Source of the DNA: Nostoc sp.
Lineage (GTDB): Bacteria > Cyanobacteriota > Cyanobacteriia > Cyanobacteriales > Nostocaceae
DNA length: 64,000 nt
Assembly (NCBI GenBank): GCA_036918135.1
Contig: JBALDB010000067.1
Span: forward strand, 1 to 64,000
Direction: 5' to 3'
Shown: positions 20,623-31,488 of the stretch, in pieces
Position numbering within the stretch: position 1 is the first letter of the stretch
Layout of the letters: every line of letters begins with the position of its first letter
Position numbers and translations under genes: made by a program
The notes under the pieces: model-generated
Database searches by the model: none
What the model was told of the DNA's origin: nothing
What the model saw: only the letters and a program-made list of their open reading frames with translations

Positions 20623-21951
20623 ATGTCCTCCATCACTTTTGAAATTTTAATTATCTTGGTGCTAATTATTGCCAATGGTGTGTTTTCGATGTCTGAGATG
20701 GCAATTGTCTCAGCACGGAAAGTTAGACTACAGCAGCTTGCCAATCAAGGAGATGCTAAGGCAAAGGTAGCACTGAAACTTGCGGAGTCTCCAAATAATT
20801 TCTTGTCAACCATTCAAGTAGGTATTTCTCTTATCGGTATTCTGACTGGTGCTTTTGGAGGAGCAACAATTGCTAACCGACTCGCAATCTATGTGCGGCT
20901 TGTTCCTTTGCTAGAACCTTATAGCGAACCGATATCTTTTGGAATCGTGGTTTTGATTATTACCTATTTGTCACTGATTATCGGCGAATTGGTACCAAAG
21001 CGTCTGGCATTGAATAACCCGGAAGGCATTGCAGCTTTTGTAGCTATTCCCATGCGGGCGTTATCGGCACTCGCTTCTCCAATGGTACATCTTTTAAGTG
21101 CTTCTACAGATATGGTGCTACGAGTTTTAGGGGTTACACAATCAAGTGAGCCACAAGTCACTGAAGAAGAAATTAAAATTTTAATCGAGCAAGGTACCGA
21201 GGCGGGAACCTTTGAGGAAGCCGAACAGGATATGGTAGAACGAGTTTTTCGTTTAGGCGATCGCCCTGTAAGCTATTTAATGACACCCCGTCCCGATATC
21301 GTCTGGCTAGACTTGGATGACACTGCTGAAGAAAATCGCCAAAAAATGATTGATAGTGCCTACTCCCGGTATCCAGTTTGTCAAGGGGGACTTGACAATG
21401 TATTGGGTGTGATCCCAGTTACCGATTTATTAGCTAGGAGTTTTCGAGCTGAACCCCTAGACTTGACGGTAGGATTGCGACAACCCGTATTTGTACCAGA
21501 AAGCACCCGTGGTTTAAAAGTTTTAGAATTGTTTAAACAAACCGTTACTCACATGGCGCTGGTAGTCGATGAATACGGCGTGATTCAAGGATTAGTCACT
21601 CTTAATGATATTATGAGCGAAATCGTGGGTGATGTTCCTTCTACAGACGGGCAAGATGAACCACAAGCCGTGCAACGGGAAGATGGTTCCTGGCTTTTGG
21701 ATGGAATGTTACCTGTGGAAGAGTTTTTTGAACTTTTCGGGATGGAAGAGTGGGAATCTGAGGAACGTGGCAGTTATCAAACCTTAGGCGGTTTTGTAAT
21801 CACTAATTTGGGTCGTATTCCCGCAGCAGCAGATCATTTTCAATGGCAGGGTATGCGAGTTGAAGTTATGGATATGGATGGTAATCGCGTTGATAAGGTG
21901 CTAGTTGTACCAAAGGCGAATCAAATCAAAAATGTCACAGAGTCTAATTAA
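20623..21951 (+). CDS. HlyC/CorC (CNNM-CBS-CorC) hemolysin-family Mg2+/Co2+ transporter
   Basis: NGVFSMSEMA and GELVPKRLA in the CNNM TM domain, a CBS pair (YSRYPV; VVDEYG), and a C-terminal CorC domain (TLGGF). Confidence 0.92.
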   Translation: MSSITFEILIILVLIIANGVFSMSEMAIVSARKVRLQQLANQGDAKAKVALKLAESPNNFLSTIQVGISLIGILTGAFGGATIANRLAIYVRLVPLLEPYSEPISFGIVVLIITYLSLIIGELVPKRLALNNPEGIAAFVAIPMRALSALASPMVHLLSASTDMVLRVLGVTQSSEPQVTEEEIKILIEQGTEAGTFEEAEQDMVERVFRLGDRPVSYLMTPRPDIVWLDLDDTAEENRQKMIDSAYSRYPVCQGGLDNVLGVIPVTDLLARSFRAEPLDLTVGLRQPVFVPESTRGLKVLELFKQTVTHMALVVDEYGVIQGLVTLNDIMSEIVGDVPSTDGQDEPQAVQREDGSWLLDGMLPVEEFFELFGMEEWESEERGSYQTLGGFVITNLGRIPAAADHFQWQGMRVEVMDMDGNRVDKVLVVPKANQIKNVTESN

Positions 21952-23079
21952 ATATTGACTTGTATGACTATACAGATTGTCGATTCCCAGCAGTTTTCAA
22001 TTGAATGGAATATACATAAAAAGAAAATTAAATAATTGTCGGGTAGGACAGCTATGCTACCTGACTGTAGTCTATTTGACTGCAAATTGCTGTAAGTAAA
22101 ATCCTCTCAGGAGTTAGCGTTTAAAGATTACCCAACAAAGGTACAACAGCTGCTACCGTAGGCTCCGAGGAATCCCCTAAATTTATTTATTGGGATTCCT
22201 TTTGCTCTGTTTGAACTTTCATATCCTTTTGGTGATAGAGACACTCTTGCTAGCACGCTTTCAGAGTAAGAGTAGAAAAAGGTACAGCCATTACCTCACG
22301 TTGATGTACCCTGCAGGTAGTCGCACAAGCGTCTACAGAGTTCTCTGTGCCTTGTTGAGAATTTATAAAATTTTTTACTTGGATAGAAAGATACCCTCAA
22401 AAGTACGATGTCTACGATGGACTATGCCTAGACAAAAACTTTACTAGCTAGTAGCTAAACTTCTTCATAGCTTTACCACAATGACGCTAAGCATATTGAC
22501 AAATTTCAGCCCTTATAAGATTATCTAAGTAATTTAACGGTTATCTAAACATTTTTTGTTTTCAAATTTCAATTCCTGCACTAAGAAGTACCTAAAGACT
22601 GCTATGGACATAATTCGTAATTAAATTTCTTAATCACGAATTATGTAAATGCAGGCTTTCCCTAACTTACTCTTACTAGCTTGTTTGAGAAGGGATAAAG
22701 TACTGCAAATTATTAATTATTCAGTCAGCTATCAGTCAATTAGATGTAGCAGTTGTGAAGCGTCTGAGACGAGAAGAAAAGAATATTGTATAGAAATGCA
22801 GCTATGTGTAGCTCAATTTTAGTGGGTAAGAACAGCGATCGCATTATTCATCGGGTTTCTCGATTATATGCAATACACCCTGAGTTCTCTGCTTTTGGGG
22901 TTGAATTTGAGATTTTGATATCAATAACAATACTTTTTAAACTTACCGGAGCGAATTTTGTGCTGTAAGCGTCCGTAGTTTGCATAAAACACCCAACTTC
23001 ATTAGTTTCAAGCCTTATTCAGTTAATTGAACTACACCAGTTTCTACTGCCTCAATTACAAAAAATATAGGAGAAAATC

Positions 23080-26000
23080 ATGACTATTCCATCATTAACT
23101 GTCTCTTCTTTGAATGGCACAAATGGCTTTGCTATCAAGGGTATTGCTGTCGAAGACCAGGTACGCTCCGTGGTTAGCAATGCGGGAGACATTAACGGTG
23201 ATGGCTTTGACGACCTGATTATTGGCGCACCTAACGTCAACTCTGGTGCTGGGAAAAGCTATGTGGTGTTTGGGGGAACAAATGTCGGTAGCAGCGGCAG
23301 TTTCAATCTCTCTTCTTTAAATGGCACTAATGGCTTTTTAATTAACAGAATTGCTGTCAGAGACGGGTTAGGCTCGTCGGTTAGCAATGCAGGGGACATC
23401 AACAATGATGGTATTGACGACCTGGTTATTGGGGCACCCTTTGCCGACCCCAACGGTAACTCTAGTGCTGGGCAAAGCTATGTGGTGTTTGGGGGGACGA
23501 ATATAGGTAGTGGCAGCAGCTTCGACCTCTCTAAGTTAAATGGCACTAATGGCTTTGCCATCAACGGGATTTTTGCGAATGACAACTCAGGCTACTCAGT
23601 TAGCAATGCAGGAGACATTAATGGTGATGGTATTGACGACTTGATTATTGGGGCATCTAATGCCTCTGCTAACGGCAACTCTGGTGCTGGGAAAAGCTAT
23701 GTGGTGTTTGGGGGGACGAATGTAGGAAGTGGTGGCACCCTAGACCTCTCTGACCTAAATGGCACTAATGGCTTTGCGATCGACGGGATTTTTGCGGGTG
23801 ATAGCTCAGGCAACTCAGTCAGCAGTGCGGGAGACATTAACGGTGATGGCATAAATGACCTGATTATTGGGGCATATCGGGCTGACCCTAACTTCAATGA
23901 TGTTGCTGGGCAAAGCTATGTAGTGTATGGAGGGACAAACGTGGGCAGTGGCGGCACTGTTAACCTCTCTGATTTAAATGGCACTAATGGCTTTGCCATC
24001 AACGGTATCAGTTCTCCTGATGAATCAGGCATCTCAGTCAGCAATGCTGGAGATATCAACAATGATGGCATTGACGACCTAATTATTGGAGCATTGGGTG
24101 CCTCCTCCAATTTCAACAATGATGGTGGACAAAGCTATGTAGTGTATGGAGGGACAAATGTGAGCAGTGGCGGCATTCTCAATCTCTCTGACCTAAATGG
24201 CACTAATGGCTTTGTGATTAACAGCATTAGTTCTTTTAACTTCTTAGGCTACTCAGTCAGCAGTGCGGGGGACGTTAACGACGATGGCATTGATGACCTA
24301 ATTATTGGAACATTTGGTGCTGAGCAAAGTTATGTGGTATTTGGGGGGACAAATGTTGGTAGTGGCGGCATCTTCGACCTCTCTAACTTGAATGGCACTA
24401 ACGGCTACGCCATTAACGGCATTACTAGGGGTGATAGCTTTGGCAGATCGGTCAGTAATGCAGGGGATGTTAACGGTGATGGCATTGGCGACGTGATTAT
24501 TGGAGCATGGAGTGCTGCCTCACCCAATGGCAACGACTTCGGTGGACAAAGCTATGTTGTCTACGGCAGTACTACGCCTACCTTCGACTTGATCGGCACT
24601 GATGAAAACGACAATCTCGTTGGCACTCCCAGTAAGGAAACTATTAATGGACTAGCTGGTAATGATACTCTCGTGGGTGATGCTGGTGATGATATTTTAG
24701 TTGGTGGTGCTGGTGATGATATTCTAGTTGGTGGTGCTGGTAATGATATTTTTACCGTTGAACAAGGGGATGGCAATGACATTATCACTGATTTTGGCGG
24801 TATTGGTACTGGGTCAAACCCATCAGCAACAGTAATTGCTTCCTTCGACACACTGCAATTTATCGGGGACTTTGGTTTCACTGCCAGAAATCTGCAACTA
24901 ACTCAAAATGGCAATGACTTGGAAATCACCTTTGAAGACGTAGCTGATACCAAAGTCACTTTGCAAAATTTTCAATTAGAAAACCTGGATAATGTGCCTG
25001 CATCGACAGCCAGACCTGCCATCGGTAATATCACATTTAATGATGTTCGCGAACTCGGCGACAGCTTTGATGTGATTAATGCCAACTCTACTCAAACTAC
25101 GGTATTCAGCAAAAATACCGTTACTTTCCTCAATAAACTAAATAATAACATCACAGGTTTTGATAACTCTAATGATGTGATTAATGGTCAAGAAGGTAAT
25201 GACAGCATCAATGGGTTAAGTGGCAGCGACATCCTTCGAGGTGATACTGGCAATGATATTCTAAATGCTGGTACTGGCGATGATTTTCTGGTTGGTGGTA
25301 CTGGCAATGACATTCTAAATGCTGGTGCTGACAATGATATTCTAAATGCTGGTACTGGCGATGATACTCTAATTGGTGGTGCTGGCAATGATTCTTTTGT
25401 TGTCGGACTAGGCGATGGCAGTGACACCATCACTGACTTTGGCGGGCTGGGTACTGGGTCAAACCCATCGGCGTCAGTACTTGCTTCCTACGACATGTTG
25501 CTATTTAACGGCGCTGGCTTAACTGCCGAAAATCTGCAATTAACTCAAAATGGCAATAACTTGGAACTCACCTTTGATGGTGTAGCAAATACTAAAGTCA
25601 CTTTGGAAAACTTTCAGTTAGAAAACCTGGAAAATCTTACTGCCCAATCTAGAGTAGCAGGAGCTATTGGTAATATCTTTTTTAACGGTAAATTCACGGA
25701 CAGTTTTGATGTCTTTAATGCCAACTGGAATTTTAGCAGCATTTTGCGTCGCAACACGGTGACATTCCTCAATGATTTGAACAATAACATCGCAGGTTTT
25801 GACTCTGCTGATGTGATTAATGGTCAGGGAGGTAACGACAGCATCGACGGGTTAAGTGGCAATGACTCGCTACGGGGTGGCACTGGGAATGATACTCTCA
25901 TTGGTGGTGCTGGCGATGACCTTCTCACAGGTGGTGGGGGTGTTGACTCTTTCCTTTACAACACTAATGCTGATTTTAACAGCGCTACTATAGGGATTGA

Positions 26001-26286
26001 TACTATCACTGATTTCAATCACTCTCAAAATGACAAGATTGTCTTGGATAAGACCACCTTCAGTGCAATTACTTCGGCTGCAGGAACAGGTTTTACTAAT
26101 GCTAGTGATTTTGAAATTACTTCTTTAGGGGCACTCAGCAGTGCTGTTATTGTTTACGACTCTGTAAGTGGACAGTTGTTTTACAATCCCAATGGTAGTG
26201 CAGTTGGTTTCGGCACTGGTGGCCTATTTGCAACTCTTACAGGTGCGCCGACTCTCACTGCATCAGATTTTCTGCTGCAAGCCTAA
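23080..26286 (+). CDS. Large secreted FG-GAP (integrin-alpha beta-propeller) / RTX Ca2+-binding protein
   Basis: Seven AGD(I/V)NxDG.DDL.IGA repeats, GGxGxD nonapeptides, two copies of a TDFGG.GTGSNPSA module, and a T1SS-like C-terminus. Confidence 0.9.
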   Translation: MTIPSLTVSSLNGTNGFAIKGIAVEDQVRSVVSNAGDINGDGFDDLIIGAPNVNSGAGKSYVVFGGTNVGSSGSFNLSSLNGTNGFLINRIAVRDGLGSSVSNAGDINNDGIDDLVIGAPFADPNGNSSAGQSYVVFGGTNIGSGSSFDLSKLNGTNGFAINGIFANDNSGYSVSNAGDINGDGIDDLIIGASNASANGNSGAGKSYVVFGGTNVGSGGTLDLSDLNGTNGFAIDGIFAGDSSGNSVSSAGDINGDGINDLIIGAYRADPNFNDVAGQSYVVYGGTNVGSGGTVNLSDLNGTNGFAINGISSPDESGISVSNAGDINNDGIDDLIIGALGASSNFNNDGGQSYVVYGGTNVSSGGILNLSDLNGTNGFVINSISSFNFLGYSVSSAGDVNDDGIDDLIIGTFGAEQSYVVFGGTNVGSGGIFDLSNLNGTNGYAINGITRGDSFGRSVSNAGDVNGDGIGDVIIGAWSAASPNGNDFGGQSYVVYGSTTPTFDLIGTDENDNLVGTPSKETINGLAGNDTLVGDAGDDILVGGAGDDILVGGAGNDIFTVEQGDGNDIITDFGGIGTGSNPSATVIASFDTLQFIGDFGFTARNLQLTQNGNDLEITFEDVADTKVTLQNFQLENLDNVPASTARPAIGNITFNDVRELGDSFDVINANSTQTTVFSKNTVTFLNKLNNNITGFDNSNDVINGQEGNDSINGLSGSDILRGDTGNDILNAGTGDDFLVGGTGNDILNAGADNDILNAGTGDDTLIGGAGNDSFVVGLGDGSDTITDFGGLGTGSNPSASVLASYDMLLFNGAGLTAENLQLTQNGNNLELTFDGVANTKVTLENFQLENLENLTAQSRVAGAIGNIFFNGKFTDSFDVFNANWNFSSILRRNTVTFLNDLNNNIAGFDSADVINGQGGNDSIDGLSGNDSLRGGTGNDTLIGGAGDDLLTGGGGVDSFLYNTNADFNSATIGIDTITDFNHSQNDKIVLDKTTFSAITSAAGTGFTNASDFEITSLGALSSAVIVYDSVSGQLFYNPNGSAVGFGTGGLFATLTGAPTLTASDFLLQA

Positions 26287-26291
26287 CTTGT

Positions 26292-26348
26292 TTAGAACCT
26301 ATCCGAAAACTGGATGCCATCAAAAGTCAGTTTTTAGATAGGTTCTAA
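26292..26348. terminator. Bidirectional hairpin between convergent genes
   Basis: ttagaacctatc...aaaact and agttttt...gataggttctaa arms. Confidence 0.6.
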
Positions 26349-26366
26349 GAATCTTTAACTTTACAC

Positions 26367-27548
26367 TTACTGTTGAGATAATCGTTTCAGTTCTTCACCT
26401 GCTAATAATTGATGTGCTTGTTGGAGAATTTTTGGGATTTTATCGGCGTGGGGACTATTGGCGAGACATTGGCGCAAGTCTAATTCGTTTAATCGATCGC
26501 CTTTGTTACCAGGAAACCAATGACTAGCATTGCCAAGCAGGTTATAACGCATTTTGCCATAGTCTACCAAATCGTAAGCGATCGCTAAATTCCATAACCA
26601 CAAAATCACCCGAATATTTACCTCACCAGGCGTTTCGTTAAGTGTAGGTAAATTATCCTCCCAGGATTTTACCCAATCTTCTCCCAAAGTGGCGATCGCT
26701 TCTGCTTCTAATCGCGCCAAAATCGGTGGCAGAATTTCTGATGCTCTATCTACTAATTCTAAAGTCTTGAGATGTTCGTCAAAATCTTCTGGTTTTGCTG
26801 CTCCCAAACTTAAGGTATGCACTTGTGGATGACTCAAACAAAACAAATCATTAAATACCATTGGACTCAAAGGAGCGCAAAGATTTACTAATTTTTGCGG
26901 TGGTTTATATAACAAACCTCCTTTATCAGATGGACTAATAATAAATACACCCATATCTTGGCGTTTAGCTGCTGCAATTGCCTCCCAATTCCATTGATTA
27001 ATGTAATACCAGTGCAGGTTCACATAATCGAATTGGTTAGTCTTAATTGTCTGCACAATCACATCTGTTGGCCCGTGCGTAGAAAAGCCAACAAATCTCA
27101 CTTTTCCCTCTGCTTGTAACTGACGTACTACATCCAAACAGCCACCGGGACGGATGCAGTAGTCCAATATCTCAGGAGTATTAATGCCGTGTAAACCTAA
27201 AAGGTCAACATAATCAAGCTGGAGATATGCTAATGATTTCTCAAAATACTCACGGAATTCTTTCGCATCTTCCTTTGGGTTGACTTTGGTCTGGACAATC
27301 AACTTTTCGCGCGGAAACTTGGGTAATATTCTACCTAATTGCATTTCGGAACTGCCATAACCGCGCGCAGTTTCAATATGATTAATGCCAACTTCCACAG
27401 CTTTTTTGATAGTTGCTTCCAAATTCGCTTGGTTATCAGCAGGAATTTGTGACTTAGGAACATCCTGCCATTTGAACTGGTATCTCATGCCACCACAGGA
27501 AAACACTGGCATTTGTAATTCTGTGCGTCCAAATCGTCTATATAGCAT
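26367..27548 (-). CDS. Aldo/keto reductase family oxidoreductase
   Basis: YRRFGRT, GINHIETARGYG.SE, LQLDYVDLL.LHG and G.VRFVGFSTH motifs. Confidence 0.9.
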   Translation of the reverse strand: MLYRRFGRTELQMPVFSCGGMRYQFKWQDVPKSQIPADNQANLEATIKKAVEVGINHIETARGYGSSEMQLGRILPKFPREKLIVQTKVNPKEDAKEFREYFEKSLAYLQLDYVDLLGLHGINTPEILDYCIRPGGCLDVVRQLQAEGKVRFVGFSTHGPTDVIVQTIKTNQFDYVNLHWYYINQWNWEAIAAAKRQDMGVFIISPSDKGGLLYKPPQKLVNLCAPLSPMVFNDLFCLSHPQVHTLSLGAAKPEDFDEHLKTLELVDRASEILPPILARLEAEAIATLGEDWVKSWEDNLPTLNETPGEVNIRVILWLWNLAIAYDLVDYGKMRYNLLGNASHWFPGNKGDRLNELDLRQCLANSPHADKIPKILQQAHQLLAGEELKRLSQQ

Positions 27549-27669
27549 TAGTGGATTATGGATTGCTTACCAACTTCAAATCTAACAACTAGAGTCGTTC
27601 AAGGCTTGAATCTCACAACTAAGTAGGTCATATCATGTGCGACTGCTATATAGCTTAAATAACAGATAA

Positions 27670-27773
27670 CAATACCTTCGCCAATTTAGGAGGTTATAAA
27701 ATAGCGTTGAGTAGAGTGAATATGTCACTACATTAGGTCTCTCTATTCATCCTCTTTTTTAACGAAGGTATTG
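27670..27773. repeat. Small element with 11-bp terminal inverted repeats
   Basis: caataccttcg ... cgaaggtattg; the end resembles that of the 7117-7329 element. Confidence 0.45.
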
Positions 27774-27833
27774 GGTTAAATCTGCGTTTTCACTACATAT
27801 TTACCACTACCGTTTTTACTACCGAGTTACTTA

Positions 27834-28619
27834 CTATCGTCGTGAATAATCATCTATACCAGAGGAAACTTCACGTTCTGCTTCACCTACAACTGGTGCG
27901 CCTGATTCACCTAAAGCCTTTGAATAGAATAGACCTGCCAATATCGCACCTAAAATAGGAGCTACCCAAAACAACCATACTTGCTTAAACAGTTCTACAC
28001 CAGCAAAAAGTGCCGGGCCAGTACTACGAGCAGGATTAACGGATGTATTTGTTATCGGTATGCTAATCAAATGAATCAGTGTTAGTGCCAAACCAATAGC
28101 AATTGGTGCAAAGTCCTTGGGCGCACGACCATCTGTTGCACCTAAGATGACAATTAAAAAAATAAAGGTCAGTACAACCTCTGTAATGAAACCAGCAGCC
28201 AATGAATAGCCTCCAGGAGAATGTACTCCAAAACCATTTGTTGCTAATGGATTGGAACCAGAAAGCGTAAATCCTGGTTTACCAGTAGCAATTAAATAAA
28301 CTACACCTGCGGCTAATATTGCTCCCAATACCTGAGCAATAATGTATGGAAGCAATTCAGAGCCAGGAAAACGCTTTCCTGACCAAAGACCAAATGATAC
28401 CGCAGGGTTAAAATGAGCGCCAGAAATATGACCAACTGCATAGGCCATAATTAGCACTGTCAGACCAAAAGCCAGAGAAACACCTACAAAACCAATTCCT
28501 AATTCATTGGCTTTTGCGTCTGGAAATGCTGCTGCAAAAACAGCACTTCCACATCCGCCAAGAACTAGCACAAATGTTCCAACGAATTCTGCGAGACATC
28601 GCGTCAAAAGCGACACCAT
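27834..28619 (-). CDS. aqpZ: Aquaporin Z
   Basis: Two NPA motifs (HFNPAVS, SVNPARS) and GGCGSAV typical of AqpZ. Confidence 0.95.
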   Translation of the reverse strand: MVSLLTRCLAEFVGTFVLVLGGCGSAVFAAAFPDAKANELGIGFVGVSLAFGLTVLIMAYAVGHISGAHFNPAVSFGLWSGKRFPGSELLPYIIAQVLGAILAAGVVYLIATGKPGFTLSGSNPLATNGFGVHSPGGYSLAAGFITEVVLTFIFLIVILGATDGRAPKDFAPIAIGLALTLIHLISIPITNTSVNPARSTGPALFAGVELFKQVWLFWVAPILGAILAGLFYSKALGESGAPVVGEAEREVSSGIDDYSRR

Positions 28620-29502
28620 AAATAGCTCCTTGCTTAAGCAACTAATTAAAAACTTTATAAATTAACTTGTTAGCAAATTTCTTTAAATCTTGTAAATAAA
28701 AATTTAGGGTCAACACCCTTAAACTTATTAGTTTTTATAAGTAGTGTCCGGTTACGAGAACTGGCAACATTGCTGTACTTGAAAGCTGATGAGCTGACTT
28801 CGCTTTTTTAAGTACCCATCTTAATCTATCGAGACTCAGTTTAATGTAGCCCAGACGCGTTCGCCTTTAGCATTATGTATGAAAGTAGAAGTTTTATTTG
28901 TTACCCGTTATTTTTGCGTTGCAAGCTAACATTGGATGTATGCATTATTTCTTCTATATCTCAGTAGTCTAGTATAGATTTATTCCACAAGTTAACTTTG
29001 TTACCCTTGTTTCAAGCTAATTAATACCATATTTTTTGTCATTTCCACAAAAGAGATGATAAAATTTGTTAAGTAGTAATGAATTTTAATTTAATCAGCT
29101 ATTACAGAATTTATAAGTAATGAGTGAGTAACTTTATTTATATGTCTATCCTGTTTTGACAAAACGGCGATCGCACAGCAGAACATCTGATGATACCGAA
29201 CCAAGACAACAAAGATAAGTAAGGTAGGTTTAAAAGAGAATAGGGAATAGATAAACCTCATGCCTACTAGTTAAATTGAAAATTCATACCAAAGACTGAT
29301 TATATTTTCAATTCAGAAATTAGAATTCTGAATTTTTTTTGACGAATTGTTAATAGTTAACCTATTTTTGGGCGTTATCAATTACGAAGTTATACTTTAC
29401 GCTACAACTTAGTAACAATGTAACAGTCTGATTATGAGGATAACCCGACCGTGGGAAAATCAAGATACCGAAACCAGAAATTAGAGAGGAAAACCCTGTA
29501 AT

Positions 29503-31410
29503 ATGCATTTGAGCGAAATTACCCATCCCAATCAGTTGCACGGTTTATCCGTTCGGCAACTGCAACAAATAGCCCGTCAAATTCGAGACAAGCATCTCCA
29601 AACCGTAGCAATTAATGGTGGACATTTGGGGCCAGGGTTGGGTGTCGTAGAATTAACACTAGGGCTTTATCAAACACTAGACTTAGATCGGGATAAAGTC
29701 ATTTGGGATGTAGGACACCAAGCTTATCCTCACAAACTACTTACAGGACGTTACGATCGCTTCCATACTCTGCGGCAAAAACACGGAGTTGCTGGTTATC
29801 TCAAGCGTTGTGAAAACAAATTCGATCACTTTGGTGCTGGACATGCTTCCACCAGTATTTCAGCTGCATTGGGCATGGCTTTAGCACGAGATTTTAAAGG
29901 TGAAAAATTTAAAGCGGTGGCTGTGATTGGTGATGGCGCACTTACTGGGGGTATGGCTTTAGAAGCCATCAACCATGCCGGACACTTGCCAAAAACTAAT
30001 TTGCTGGTTGTCCTTAACGACAACGAGATGTCCATATCTCCTAACGTAGGTGCAATTCCTCGCTATCTGAACAAAATGCGCCTCAGCCAGCCGGTGCAAT
30101 TTATCAAAGATAATCTTGAGGAACAGTTTAAGCAAATTCCCTTCGTTGGTGAATCTTTATCTCCCGAACTCGGACGCATCAAAGAAGGTATGAAACGCTT
30201 GGCTGTTCCTAAGGTAGGCGCAGTGTTTGAAGAACTCGGCTTTACTTACATCGGCCCAGTTGATGGACATAATTTAGAAGAATTGATTGCCACCTTCCAA
30301 CAAGCACATCAAATATCAGGCCCAGTTTTAGTACATGTGGTAACAGTCAAGGGTAAAGGCTATGAAATCGCTGAACTAGACCAAGTAGGCTACCACGCCC
30401 AAAATCCCTTCAATGTAGCAACTGGTAAAGCTATTCCTTCCAGCAAACCCAAACCGCCGGCTTATGCCAAAGTCTTTGCTCACACTTTAGTGAAACTTGC
30501 CGAACAAAACCCAAAAATTATCGGCATTACTGCGGCGATGGCGACGGGAACAGGCTTAGATAAACTGCAAGCAAAACTGCCCAATCAATATATAGATGTC
30601 GGCATTGCCGAACAACACGCCATCACTTTAGCAGCCGGACTGGCAACCGAAGGAATGCGTCCCATCGCTGCTATTTATTCTACCTTCTTGCAACGCGCCT
30701 ATGACCAGATAGTTCACGATGTCTGCATCCAAAACTTACCAGTCTTCTTCTGCTTAGATCGGGCAGGAATTGTTGGTTCTGACGGCCCTACCCACCAAGG
30801 TATGTATGATATCGCTTATCTGCGTTGCATTCCAAATATGGTACTGATGGCACCCAAAGATGAAGCAGAACTGCAACGCATGGTAGTAACTGGCGTTAAC
30901 CATACTAGCGGCCCGATCGCTATGCGTTATCCACGTGGCAATGGCTATGGCGTGCCACTAATGGAAGAAGGCTGGGAACCTTTGGAAATCGGCAAAAGCG
31001 AAATTCTGCGTACAGGGGATGACGTGTTAATCGTTGGCTATGGCACAATGGTTTATCCGGGAATGCAAGCTGCTGAAATCTTGAGCGAACATGGCATTGA
31101 AGCAACTGTGATTAATGCCCGTTTCGCTAAACCTTTGGATACCGAGTTGATTTTGCCCTTAGCTGAGAAAATTGGACGCGTTATTACCTTAGAAGAAGGC
31201 TGCGTCATGGGTGGCTTTGGTTCGGCGATCGCTGAAGCCTTATTAGACGCAGATATTCTCGTTCCTGTCAAGCGATTTGGCGTACCAGATGTATTAGTAG
31301 ACCATGCTGAACCGAATGAATCGAAAACAGAATTAGGTTTGACTAGTCATCAAATAGCAGACAGAGTTTTGCAAGCTTTCTTTCAACAACAAGTATCTGC
31401 TGTCGTTTAG
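29503..31410 (+). CDS. dxs: 1-deoxy-D-xylulose-5-phosphate synthase
   Basis: [30 protein letters not shown] and DRAG.VG.DGPTH motifs. Confidence 0.97.
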   Translation: MHLSEITHPNQLHGLSVRQLQQIARQIRDKHLQTVAINGGHLGPGLGVVELTLGLYQTLDLDRDKVIWDVGHQAYPHKLLTGRYDRFHTLRQKHGVAGYLKRCENKFDHFGAGHASTSISAALGMALARDFKGEKFKAVAVIGDGALTGGMALEAINHAGHLPKTNLLVVLNDNEMSISPNVGAIPRYLNKMRLSQPVQFIKDNLEEQFKQIPFVGESLSPELGRIKEGMKRLAVPKVGAVFEELGFTYIGPVDGHNLEELIATFQQAHQISGPVLVHVVTVKGKGYEIAELDQVGYHAQNPFNVATGKAIPSSKPKPPAYAKVFAHTLVKLAEQNPKIIGITAAMATGTGLDKLQAKLPNQYIDVGIAEQHAITLAAGLATEGMRPIAAIYSTFLQRAYDQIVHDVCIQNLPVFFCLDRAGIVGSDGPTHQGMYDIAYLRCIPNMVLMAPKDEAELQRMVVTGVNHTSGPIAMRYPRGNGYGVPLMEEGWEPLEIGKSEILRTGDDVLIVGYGTMVYPGMQAAEILSEHGIEATVINARFAKPLDTELILPLAEKIGRVITLEEGCVMGGFGSAIAEALLDADILVPVKRFGVPDVLVDHAEPNESKTELGLTSHQIADRVLQAFFQQQVSAVV

Positions 31411-31430
31411 TTAATTTTTTGTAGTAATAA

Positions 31431-31463
31431 ATCGCCCACGCTTGTGACTCAGGTGTGGGCGAT
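31431..31463. terminator. Hairpin after dxs
   Basis: atcgcccac...gtgggcgat, overlapping a HIP1 site. Confidence 0.5.
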
Positions 31464-31488
31464 CGCTTTATCAAATTTAGGAAAACTT

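Noticed and set aside
22190..22968. Short ORFs in the hemolysin/FG-GAP intergenic region
   Set aside because: They cross small repeats and show no family resemblance.
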